DNA from: Spirochaetia bacterium
GTDB taxonomy: Bacteria > Spirochaetota > Spirochaetia > SZUA-6 > Bin103
DNA: 64,000 nucleotides
NCBI GenBank assembly: GCA_965208575.1
Contig: CBDBOV010000003.1
Coordinates: 672,001 to 736,000 of the forward strand
Direction: 5' to 3'
The position numbers and the translations under genes are program-made. Position 1 is the stretch's first letter. Each line of letters opens with the position of its first letter. Below, in pieces: positions 17,186 to 26,101 of the stretch. The notes below the pieces were generated by a model. The model did not search any database. It was not told where the DNA came from and saw only the letters and a program-made list of their open reading frames with translations.

Positions 17186-19678
17186 TCAGGCAGGATCGAG
17201 AGCGGCGAGCAGGCGGCGCTGGCGGTCGAGGCGCTGCGCGCGGTCGGCTGCGAACCGCTGCACGCCGGCGATGATCGATTCGGTGTCCAGGTGCGCCTCG
17301 GCGATCACGTCCGCCTCGGTGCCGCCGGTGAGCCAGCGCTGGTGCCAGTCGGAGGTCAACGAGTACTCGGTTACCAGCGGGCCGACGTCGCGCAGCGGCC
17401 ACATGCGCTGCGTGCCGGTGCTCACCACCATCAGGTCGGCGCGCGCCTCGGCGGGGAGCACGGCATCGCGATACGCCTGCGGCTGCCGGTCGAACAGCTC
17501 TTCGCTGACCGCGGCGACGATCTTCACGTTGATTCCGGCCTCCTCGAGCCGCGGGATCGCCTGCACGAGGTTGAAGGTGGAACTCGATCCCTGCACCACC
17601 ACGTAGCCGTGGCGCGGGCGGCCGGCGGCGAAGTCGCGGATCACGTAGAAGCCCTTGGCGGCCGCGTCACGGTCGCTGTCGGCGAACGTCGAGCGGTCGG
17701 CCACCGGGAAGTCGGGGCGCGCTACCTCGATGACGATGATGCCGACCTCCGCTTCGCGGGCGGCGATCTCGGCGGCGGCGAAGTACCCGGGCGCCACGTC
17801 GTTGTAGTCCCAGAAACTGAGCACGATCGCCTGGCCCTTCGGAAACAGGCGCCATACCTGCGGCGCGAAGATGCCGAAGTGGGTGCGCGCGTCGGCGGCG
17901 GTCTCGGGGCCGGAGTGGCCGGCGAGGATGTTCAGCACGCCGACGCGGAATGGGCTGTCCTGGTTCTGCTGGCTCCACACCCGCGCCGGCAGGTACATCA
18001 GTGGCGTAAACGCGCCGTAGCTGCCGCTCAGCGCCCACACGCCGCCGTGCACGGCGGCGTCGGGAGAGGCGCTCTGGCTGACCAGGCCAACGGCGGTGAG
18101 GGTGTTGCACGCCTCCTGGATGGCCGCCTTGAAGCGGGTGCCGGCGGGGTTGCGCACCGGGTCGTAGTGGCCGGTCAGCGAGCCGCCCTCGACGTTGATC
18201 GAACCGGACAGGTCGGCGGCCACGGTGACGAAGCGGTTGCCGGTGACGTGGTTCATCCACTTGATCACCTCGGAGATGGCACGCCGCGTGCCGGCCACCT
18301 CACCGGGCTTCTTGAACAGGTTGACGCTCACCTCGGACTGCTCGCCGCTGGTGGGGTGGGTTGCGGTGACCGTGGTCGGCTCGGACGGCAGCGCGCTCAC
18401 CCGCAGGCGGGCGTCCTGGAACGGATCGGTCCGCGCGTCGATGCGCAGCGGCATTTCGCTCGGGACGGTGTCGGCGATCTCCAGCAGGCGGTCGGCGAGC
18501 CAGTCGCCGAGTCCGTTCTTGTCCAGCGCGGACATCGCCACGTCGACGTTGGTCTTGAACTGGATCAGCCGCTCTCGCGGGTCGTCGACCGCGCCGTCGC
18601 GGATGCCCGAGAACGTCACCCCGAAGCGCCGCTCGAAGGTCTCGGCGAGCGCGACGAAGTAGGGCACGTTCATCTTCATCTCGTAGGGGTGGCTGTGGTA
18701 GCTGACCAACTGCTCGCCGAACCCGGGAATGGTGCCGTTGGCGGCGGCGGGCCACCAGCCCTTGGTGGTGCGTCCGACCACGATCATGGGGCGGCGGTCG
18801 TCCGGGTCCCACTGCTCCATCGCCCGCATGGCGGCGAGGATTTCGTCGTAGGAGTTGCCGTCGTCGAGGGATAGCACGTTCCAGCCGTAGGACGCCCATT
18901 GCTCGGCGATGTCGTACCCGTCCATGCCGTCCGGTATCACGCCGCCCTGCAGCCGGTCGTCGATGCCGGCGTTGTTGTAGGACAGCAGGATGCGCAGCCG
19001 CTTGCCCACCTGCTGGGCGACCGCCTGGGTCTTGAGCTCCTGGGCATGGCCGGCGGTCATGGCGAATTCCCCTTCCAGCGCCATCACCTTGAGTGATGAT
19101 GGTGCGCCGGCGAAGTCCCAGAACGCGGCCTTGCCGGCGGCGCTGCCGATGCCGATGCCGGACGGGCCGCCGTTTACGTCGTTGGTCACGTCGGTGGTTT
19201 CGGCGTGCCCCGCCAGCGCGCGGATGCCGCGCAGCCCGGCCTGGGCGAACAGCGGGTCGTCGGTCAGGCCGTGATCGGCAAGCAGCGTGGCGAGGGCGCC
19301 GGCGCCGCGCCGGAACCCGAGACAGTCGATCGACAGCAGCCCCAGTTCCGGATCCGCGTAGTAGCGGTCATCGCCGGTGGCGGCGTGGCGGCGTGCCAGC
19401 GCCTCGCCCATGATCATCCACAGCGCGTAGGCGGTGGGAATGTTGTGGCCGCCGGCGAGCAGGAAGCGGTCCGCGAACGGGTGCTTGGGATGGCGGTAGT
19501 CGTAGCGCAGCCCGCCGGCGTCCGGGCCCGCCAGGTGCAGCGCGACGTTATACGGCGTGTAGGCCAGCGGCCCGCCGAAATGGCCGGTCTGCGCGTAGTT
19601 GCCGAGCAGGGTGAGCGTCATGGCGGTCAGAAAGCCCACCTGCTCGAATCGTTCCGCGTCGTAGGCGGGAACCGGCAT
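17186..19678 (-). CDS. Large transketolase-like ThDP enzyme
   Basis: GHFGG, LAGGH, LAGHAE, GGPSGIG, GRTTKG, AADL, ADARTH. Start uncertain (19678, 19753 or 19819). Confidence 0.75.
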   Translation of the reverse strand: MPVPAYDAERFEQVGFLTAMTLTLLGNYAQTGHFGGPLAYTPYNVALHLAGPDAGGLRYDYRHPKHPFADRFLLAGGHNIPTAYALWMIMGEALARRHAATGDDRYYADPELGLLSIDCLGFRRGAGALATLLADHGLTDDPLFAQAGLRGIRALAGHAETTDVTNDVNGGPSGIGIGSAAGKAAFWDFAGAPSSLKVMALEGEFAMTAGHAQELKTQAVAQQVGKRLRILLSYNNAGIDDRLQGGVIPDGMDGYDIAEQWASYGWNVLSLDDGNSYDEILAAMRAMEQWDPDDRRPMIVVGRTTKGWWPAAANGTIPGFGEQLVSYHSHPYEMKMNVPYFVALAETFERRFGVTFSGIRDGAVDDPRERLIQFKTNVDVAMSALDKNGLGDWLADRLLEIADTVPSEMPLRIDARTDPFQDARLRVSALPSEPTTVTATHPTSGEQSEVSVNLFKKPGEVAGTRRAISEVIKWMNHVTGNRFVTVAADLSGSINVEGGSLTGHYDPVRNPAGTRFKAAIQEACNTLTAVGLVSQSASPDAAVHGGVWALSGSYGAFTPLMYLPARVWSQQNQDSPFRVGVLNILAGHSGPETAADARTHFGIFAPQVWRLFPKGQAIVLSFWDYNDVAPGYFAAAEIAAREAEVGIIVIEVARPDFPVADRSTFADSDRDAAAKGFYVIRDFAAGRPRHGYVVVQGSSSTFNLVQAIPRLEEAGINVKIVAAVSEELFDRQPQAYRDAVLPAEARADLMVVSTGTQRMWPLRDVGPLVTEYSLTSDWHQRWLTGGTEADVIAEAHLDTESIIAGVQRFAADRAQRLDRQRRLLAALDPA

Positions 19679-19923
19679 CGCCCGCTCGAGGCGTGTGTGC
19701 GGGCGTTCCCGCTCGCGAATGCCGACACTTGAAGTTCCGTTGGACCCTGCCATTGGCTGTTTACTCCTTGAATACGCCGCTGCGGACGTGCCCTCCGAGG
19801 GGCGAAGCGCCACCGCCACAGCCGACCTGCACTATAGGGGCAAAGCGAAGCGACCGGCAAGGTCCGTGACGGCGGTCCTGGTCCCCGCGACCGTCCCCAC
19901 CGGGGGCGCTGCAATCGGGTCCG

Positions 19924-20901
19924 CTAGGGGCTCTGCGCGCCGACCGTTTCCACGTAGACGGCGTACAGCGACTGGCTGGCGGCCATGAACAGGCGGTTCT
20001 TCTTGGCGCCGCCGAAGCACAGGTTGGCGCACCGCTCCGGCAGGTGGATCTGGCCGATCAACTCGCCCTCCGGGGAAAAGCAGTGCACCCCGTTGATGCC
20101 CTCGCCGCCGGCGGCGCCCGCCCACACGTTGCCGTAGATGTCGACCCGCAGGCCGTCGGAGTTGCCCGGGCTCATGTCCGCGAACACCCGCTGACCGCGC
20201 GCCCGGTTGTCGGCCACGTCGTAGCGGTAGATCACGCGCGGGGTACCGGGATGGTGCGAGATGCCGGTCTCCACCACGTACAGCCCGGCGAAGTCGGGCG
20301 TGAAGCAAATCCCGTTCGGCATCACCATGTCGTCGACCGCCACCGTGACCGCGCCGGTGGCCGGGTCGAGGCGGTACACGCGCGCCGGCAGCTCGTGCTC
20401 GGCCCAGTGGCCCTCGTACTGGTACAGGGTGCCGTAGCCCGGGTCGGTGAACCAGATCGAGCCGTCCGGGTGGGTGCACAGGTCGTTGGGCCCGTTCAGC
20501 GGCTTGCCGTCGAAGCGGTCGATCAGCACGGTGATCGAGCCGTCGTGCTCGGTGCGGGTGACGCGGCGGCTGTCGTGCTCGCAGGAAATCAGCCGCCCCT
20601 GCGCGTCGCGGAAGTTGCCGTTGGTGTTGTTGGAGGGCCGGCGGAACTCGCTGACCCGGCCGCCGGCGGCGTCGTAGCGCAGGATGCGGTTGTTGGGAAT
20701 GTCGCTGAACAGCAGGCAGTCGTGGTCGCCGAACCACACCGGGCCCTCTGCCCAGCGCGCGCCGGTGTACAGCCGCTCCACGGCCGCGTTGCCGATCCGC
20801 ATCCTTGCGAAGCGCGGGTCGTGCACCTGCACGGCGGGATCGGGATAGGCGACGATGCCGTTCCAGTCGCGTCCGGCGATCGGCGATTCAGTGGTGGCCA
20901 T
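19924..20901 (-). CDS. SMP-30/gluconolactonase family protein
   Basis: WAEGPVW, FSDIPNNR, NGPNDL, FTDPGYG, PNGICF, DGLRVD. Confidence 0.92.
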   Translation of the reverse strand: MATTESPIAGRDWNGIVAYPDPAVQVHDPRFARMRIGNAAVERLYTGARWAEGPVWFGDHDCLLFSDIPNNRILRYDAAGGRVSEFRRPSNNTNGNFRDAQGRLISCEHDSRRVTRTEHDGSITVLIDRFDGKPLNGPNDLCTHPDGSIWFTDPGYGTLYQYEGHWAEHELPARVYRLDPATGAVTVAVDDMVMPNGICFTPDFAGLYVVETGISHHPGTPRVIYRYDVADNRARGQRVFADMSPGNSDGLRVDIYGNVWAGAAGGEGINGVHCFSPEGELIGQIHLPERCANLCFGGAKKNRLFMAASQSLYAVYVETVGAQSP

Positions 20902-20958
20902 GGCCGCAATATAGCACAGGCGACCGGCCGCGACGGCGGGTTCGGGGCGCTAACGGCG

Positions 20959-21510
20959 CTAACCGCTCAGCTTCTTGAGCTGCTCGATGATCTCGGACGT
21001 CTTCGGGCGGTCGCTGGTGCGCCGGCTGACGTGCGACCAGCGCACGATGCCGTCGGTGTCGATGATGAACGTGGCGGGGGCGGCCAGGCTGTCCCCGCGC
21101 AGGTTGTATACCCCGTAGGCGTCCACCACATCGGTGTCGCTGTTGTACAGCACCGGGAATTCGATGCCAACCTTGCCGACGATCGACTGCGCCCCCGACA
21201 GGTCGTCGGTGCTGATCGCCAGCACCTCTGCTCCCAGCTCGGTGATTTCCTCGTAGTGATTACTCAGCTCGACGAGCTGACGCCGGCAGTACGTTCACCA
21301 GAACGCGCGGTAGAACACCAGCACCACCGCGTGCTCTTCCAGGGTGGCGCTCAGGGAATGGGTGTCGCCGGCCGCGCTCGGCAGCTCGAAGTCGGGCGCG
21401 GCCGTTCCTGTCTCCGGGGTGGTCGCCATCAGTGTCGCAGGAATCACGCTTGCAAGCGCCAGCGCAACGAGTGATCGCCGCCACGCCGCGCGGCTGCCAG
21501 AGTTCCCCAT
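20959..21510 (-). CDS. Peroxiredoxin-like (AhpC/TSA, thioredoxin fold) selenoprotein with UxxC motif and N-terminal signal peptide
   Basis: Two in-frame ORF-track halves joined by a single TGA at 21297-21295: APDFELP...VVLVFYRAFW-U-TYC-RRQL...AISTD...FPVLYN...PATFIIDTDGIVRW. Confidence 0.85.
21264..21280 (-). promoter_or_regulatory. Candidate bacterial SECIS hairpin
   Basis: On the coding strand, TCAGCTC-GTC-GAGCTGA: 7-bp stem, with a G-first apical loop 21 nt after the UGA. Confidence 0.65.
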
Positions 21511-21924
21511 GCGCCAACTATACCCGCCCGCCAGCGCGCCGGCAAGGGAACCAGACGGGCCAAGCGGGGACCATCGGCGAATGCTCGGCGGACGCTCGAG
21601 CGCTCGGTCCACCGTACGGCTCGGAGCCTGCACCGATGCGTTGTTCCGCTGACCGCCGAGCTGCAGCCATCGCTCGCCGGCAAGCATACACTCGGAACGA
21701 GGTCTCGTGGAGCAAGACAACGAGCGCACGCGAGCGCCAACGGTGCCGCTCAAGCGTATCAAGATCGACCTCGCGCGGCCGATGAGGCGCAGCGAAGAAC
21801 AACCGGACCGCAGTGCCTGCGGTCGCAGCGACGGTGCGAAATTGTCACGCAATCCGCGCGATCCGGCGCGATCCCATACCCCGCTACTCGTGGTTCGGGG
21901 ATGTGGTACCATGCCGCAACCGAC

Positions 21925-22971
21925 ATGCCTACCTTCACTCCCGATCAACTCACCTCCCACGCGCAGCGTCTGCTTGGCGCGGCGGGTCTCGCTGACGACG
22001 AAGCCCGGCACATCGCCGGATCGCTGGTTCTGTCCAACTTGATGGGCCATGACTCCCACGGCGTCACGCGCCTGCCCCAATACCTGGGCGTCCTGGAACA
22101 AGGCGGTTTCGTGCCGGGCGTCACCATCGAGGTGGTGCGCGAAGCTCCGGCCTCAGCCGTGGTCGACGGCAAGTGGGGCTTCGGCCAGACGGTCGCCAGG
22201 CAGGCGATGGCGCTGGCCATCGAAAAGGCGAGGCAGACCTCGGTGGGGGTGGTGGAGGTGTTCAACTGCGGCCACATCGGCCGCCTCGGCGAGTACGTGG
22301 AGACGGCCGCGGCCACCGACATGATTGGCCTGGTGACCTGCAACAACCATGGCGGCGGGCTGCTGCAAGTGCCGTTCGGGGGTGCTCAGCCGCGCATGTC
22401 GCCCAATCCGATCTCGCTTGGCGTACCGACCGGCGGTGAGCTGCCGATCGTCGTCGACATGACCTCCAGCGTGGTGGCCGAGGGCAAGATCAAGATGAAG
22501 CGCAACCTCGGCGAGCCGATGCCGGACGGCTGGGCGCTCGACGCGGACGGACGCCCGATCACCGATCCGGAGCAGTTCTACGGCCCGCCGCGCGGCGCCA
22601 TCCTGCCGTTCGGCGGCGACAGCGCGCACAAGGGCTTCGCGCTCTCGATCCTGGTCGAAGTGCTGTCGGGCGCCCTCGGCGGTGCCGGCTACAGCCGCGA
22701 CGCCCAGACGCGCTGGGGCAATGGCGTGTTCATGATGGCGATCGACATCGCGGCGTTCATCGCCCCCGACGAGTTCAAGCGCGACACCGCGACGTTCGTG
22801 GACTGGCTGAAGAGTTCGGCGCTGATGGAGGGATTCGACGAGATCCTGCTGCCGGGCGAGCCGGAGACGCGCACCCGCCGGCAGCGGGAAGCCGACGGCG
22901 TGTACGTGGATGAACCCACCTGGCAGCAGATGACCGAGGCCGCCGCCAAGCTCGGCATCGAACTGGAGTAA
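21925..22971 (+). CDS. Ldh_2 family (malate/L-lactate/sulfolactate-type) oxidoreductase
   Basis: GHDSHG, VDGKWGFGQ, HIGRLGEY, PNPIS, VDMTSS.VAEGK, HKGFAL. Confidence 0.92.
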   Translation: MPTFTPDQLTSHAQRLLGAAGLADDEARHIAGSLVLSNLMGHDSHGVTRLPQYLGVLEQGGFVPGVTIEVVREAPASAVVDGKWGFGQTVARQAMALAIEKARQTSVGVVEVFNCGHIGRLGEYVETAAATDMIGLVTCNNHGGGLLQVPFGGAQPRMSPNPISLGVPTGGELPIVVDMTSSVVAEGKIKMKRNLGEPMPDGWALDADGRPITDPEQFYGPPRGAILPFGGDSAHKGFALSILVEVLSGALGGAGYSRDAQTRWGNGVFMMAIDIAAFIAPDEFKRDTATFVDWLKSSALMEGFDEILLPGEPETRTRRQREADGVYVDEPTWQQMTEAAAKLGIELE

Positions 22972-22979
22972 GGCGGGCG

Positions 22980-24746
22980 TTACGCGAGCTGGAAGGGAGC
23001 TGCCTGGCGGCCGCCGTCCGGCAGCACCGAAGGGATGTGGACGTTCAGCAGGTAGGACCGCCGCTCTCGTTGGACCACCTCCAGGCCCGCCCGCAGCGCG
23101 TCCGGCAGCTCCTCCTCCGACCGCACGTCGCGGCCGTCCACTCCGTACGCTCGCGCCACCCCGACCAGGTCGATGCCGTCGAGCACCACCCCCGGCCATT
23201 CGCCGGCGGCTCCCATCGCGCCTTCGGAAGCGACCCGGACGAAGCTGCCGGCGACGACCCCGTAGCCGCCGTTGTTGGGCACCACGTACAGCACCGGCAC
23301 CCGGTGATGGGCCGCGGTCCAGAATGCGGTGTCCGCATAGAACACCGAGCCGTCTCCGACCACGCCGATCACCGGCACGTCGGGCGCCGCCAGCTTCACG
23401 CCGAGCGCGGCGCCCATGCCGTAGCCCTCCGAACCGCCCGCCTGCGGGATGTACTGCGAGCGGCCCGGCGGCTGAATACCGCCCATCCACGCCCACAGGG
23501 CGAAGTTCTCCATGGTGATGTTGGCGCCGCCGACCACCTCCGCCGCCTTGTGGATCTCGTCCGCCAGCACCCACGCGCGCACGGTGCCGTCCGGCGCCGG
23601 CGCCGCCGGGCGCGTGGCATGCCGCCGTGCGCGTTCCTCGGCCGCCGCCTGCAGGGCCTGCTCGCGCCGCGCGGCGAACGCGCTGCCGCTGCCGGACGCT
23701 GCGCTCCCCGCGCTCGCTGACGCATCCAGCCACCCCGACAGGCGTTCGAGCGTGCGCGCCTCGTCGGCCACCACCGCCGCGCTCAGCCCCTCCATGTTGG
23801 TGAGGTTCTCGACGTCGGGGCCCACCGCCACCAGCCGTGCGTGGGGGAACTTGCGGAGGGCCGCCGGCGCGCGCGAGAAGCTGTGCTGGCGCACGCCGAT
23901 CGCCAGCACGTAGTCGGGATCGAACGCCGCCAGGTCCCTGCAGTGCAGCGGATGGTTGGGCTGCACCGCGCGGTTGAACTGGTCGCCGTCGGCCACCCGC
24001 GCGCCGACCCGGTCGGCGAACGTGTTCAGCAGGTGCGCGGCGCCGCTCTTCCAGATGCCGTCGCCCACGTACAGCAGCGGGCGCTGCGCCTCGGCCAGCG
24101 CCCGCATCACTTCCTCGACTTCGGCGTCGCTCGGGTAGCCGGCGCGCAGCTCCGGCAGCGGCCCCTCAATGATGGAAGCGTCGATCGGCTGCATGCCGAT
24201 GGCGTCCTCGTAGATCGCCAGGTGCACGGGGCCGATCGGCGGCGTCATGGCGGTGAGCACCGCGCGGTACACGGCGTGGGCCAGCCCGGCCGGGTCGATC
24301 ACCGCCCAACTCGCCTTCACGTAGGGCGCCGACAGGTAGGTCGGGCCGAAGCTGTGGTCGATGTGGTGCCCCCAGCCGCGCTTGTCCACCGCGCTGCCGG
24401 TGTCGGCCGCGTAGGTCAGGGTCACCAGCGGCAGCTTGGCGTTCCACACGTTCAGCATCTGCCCCAACGACTGGCCGAGGCCGGCGTCCAGGTGGGCGAG
24501 CATCACCGCCGGCCGCGGCCCCACCTGGGCGTAGCCGCCCGCCATCGACGTGACCACGCCTTCGTGCAGCCCCAGGATGCCGTGCACCTCGGCGTGGCCG
24601 TACAACGCGTCGAAGAACGCCGCCTCATGGGAGCCGGTGTTGTTGAACACGTAACGGACGCCGAGGGCGGCGAGCTGCTCCACCACCACCTGCGACGGCG
24701 TCCCGGTAAACGGCCGGGAGGAACCTGCTGAGGTCAAACCACTCAT
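22980..24746 (-). CDS. ThDP-binding enzyme (benzoylformate decarboxylase/ALS-like)
   Basis: VFNNTGSHE, LHEGVV, GPVHL, VGDGS...NNGGY. Confidence 0.88.
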   Translation of the reverse strand: MSGLTSAGSSRPFTGTPSQVVVEQLAALGVRYVFNNTGSHEAAFFDALYGHAEVHGILGLHEGVVTSMAGGYAQVGPRPAVMLAHLDAGLGQSLGQMLNVWNAKLPLVTLTYAADTGSAVDKRGWGHHIDHSFGPTYLSAPYVKASWAVIDPAGLAHAVYRAVLTAMTPPIGPVHLAIYEDAIGMQPIDASIIEGPLPELRAGYPSDAEVEEVMRALAEAQRPLLYVGDGIWKSGAAHLLNTFADRVGARVADGDQFNRAVQPNHPLHCRDLAAFDPDYVLAIGVRQHSFSRAPAALRKFPHARLVAVGPDVENLTNMEGLSAAVVADEARTLERLSGWLDASASAGSAASGSGSAFAARREQALQAAAEERARRHATRPAAPAPDGTVRAWVLADEIHKAAEVVGGANITMENFALWAWMGGIQPPGRSQYIPQAGGSEGYGMGAALGVKLAAPDVPVIGVVGDGSVFYADTAFWTAAHHRVPVLYVVPNNGGYGVVAGSFVRVASEGAMGAAGEWPGVVLDGIDLVGVARAYGVDGRDVRSEEELPDALRAGLEVVQRERRSYLLNVHIPSVLPDGGRQAAPFQLA

Positions 24747-24791
24747 GTGCAGTGTTGTATCACATCGCCCGCGAATCGCAAGCTTGGCTGG

Positions 24792-25379
24792 TCAGGAGTG
24801 GGGCGGCGAATCCGCGTCCGGAAACGGGTCGGTCATGCCGGCCGGGAGGGGCACTTCGAAGGCGTTCAGGACCACCGAGACCAGGCAGTAATAGCCGATG
24901 ATGGTGACCAGCTCGATGACGCCGTTTTCCCCGAGCAGGTCGACGGCGGTCCGGTAGGTGGCATCGTCGATGCGATGGTCGCGCACGAGCTGCACGGCCA
25001 GGTCGTGGCCGGCTGCCTGATCGGCCGGCAGCGACGGTGTGCCGCGCCGGCGAATGGTCTCGACGGCAGCCGCATCGACTCCCGCCGCCACCGCCATCGG
25101 ACCATGCATCGCAAACTCGAACTTCGCGCGGTAGTAGGCGCCGACGACGCAGATCGCCACCTCTCGTACCTGGTCGCTCAGCGACGTGTCGAACCGGGCA
25201 GCGGCACCGAGCTGCTGCGCAGGCATGCCGATCGTTGGCGACCGCACCCACACGCTGAATGGTCCGCGCAGGCCGATATTCGGATCCGCGCCACCACGCG
25301 GGCCGGAATTGATCGCGTCGAGCACGGCGCGTTGTTGATCGGTCAGCTGATCGATGTCGAGCACTGGCAGTCGAGCCAT
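24792..25379 (-). CDS. Carboxymuconolactone decarboxylase/AhpD-like protein
   Basis: GPRG...GPF..W.RSP, REVAIC, FEFAMH, ELVTIIGYY. Confidence 0.85.
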   Translation of the reverse strand: MARLPVLDIDQLTDQQRAVLDAINSGPRGGADPNIGLRGPFSVWVRSPTIGMPAQQLGAAARFDTSLSDQVREVAICVVGAYYRAKFEFAMHGPMAVAAGVDAAAVETIRRRGTPSLPADQAAGHDLAVQLVRDHRIDDATYRTAVDLLGENGVIELVTIIGYYCLVSVVLNAFEVPLPAGMTDPFPDADSPPHS

Positions 25380-25435
25380 GGCCCATTATGCCACCGTTCC
25401 AAGCAGACGTGGCGAGCTGTCGCGAGTTTCGACAA

Positions 25436-25465
25436 TTGACATCAGTTACAGTGCCCTGCTACGAT
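25436..25465 (+). promoter_or_regulatory. Candidate sigma70 promoter
   Basis: TTGACA-18 nt-TACGAT with a TG extended -10, in an AT-rich patch facing the first ABC operon. Confidence 0.5.
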
Positions 25466-25922
25466 TGGAAACTCGAAGCCATGCGCCGGCACCGTATATT
25501 ATACGACGACAAGCTACCCCCCCCCCTCCAGCCCGGGGCAACTCTTTATACGAAAAGCCATTAACCGATCCGGCTGATCGCCCGGTACGCGACCCCGCGC
25601 ACGCCGTCGCCTTCACCACCGCCGTAGCTATCGGTGGCGCCGGCTCGGTCCATCGCCGAACCGGCATGCTGGCCGCCCGCGCCCTTCCCGGCGACCGCAA
25701 CGGTGCCGGATCCCCGCCCCGAACTCACCGTCACAGAACCGACCGTCGGCGTCGCCGGTCAATCACATTCGTTGCTCGGCCGACCAGCGCCCCGCGTGGC
25801 GTTATGACGCAGGTGCCAACGTCCGCCGAGCGGTCGGTGTTTGCATGATGGCGCGCGCACGCGGATCCCATGGTCCGTCAGGCATCTCGCAGGGCACCCA
25901 ACGTCCCAAGAAGGAGGTGAAG

Positions 25923-25958
25923 ATGTTACCGAAAGAACCGCACGCGCGCGCGGCGTGA
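25923..25958 (+). CDS. Leader peptide (uORF) MLPKEPHARAA, copy 1
   Basis: AAGGAGG 5 nt upstream; conserved with 41566-41601, including synonymous AAA GAA / AAG GAG changes. Confidence 0.65.
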   Translation: MLPKEPHARAA

Positions 25959-25993
25959 GCTGGGGTGAACCCGGTGAGTCACACGCCGCGCGC
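25946..25993 (+). promoter_or_regulatory. Attenuator-like hairpin overlapping the uORF stop, copy 1
   Basis: GCGCGCGGCGTG pairs perfectly with CACGCCGCGCGC; inner GGG-TGAA-CCC stem. Confidence 0.6.
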
Positions 25994-26101
25994 TTCAGCC
26001 ATTTGACTCAAAATGGCCGTCTGCGTTGCGGGCGCGAGAGTAGCCAGGGAGCGGCAAGCCGCTACGCAATACTCTCGAAAAATCCACATACGGAGGAACG
26101 T

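Noticed and set aside
20959-21510. Peroxiredoxin pseudogene or two separate small genes
   Set aside because: The stop falls exactly on the redox Cys position and is followed by a SECIS-like hairpin; Sec recoding is the simpler explanation.
21520-21900. Small ORFs between the selenoprotein and the Ldh_2 gene
   Set aside because: No recognisable motifs or convincing starts; probably intergenic or decayed sequence.
25923-25993. tmRNA tag (ends in AA-stop within a hairpin)
   Set aside because: It has its own SD and ATG, occurs twice before transporter genes, and no tRNA-like ends are visible.
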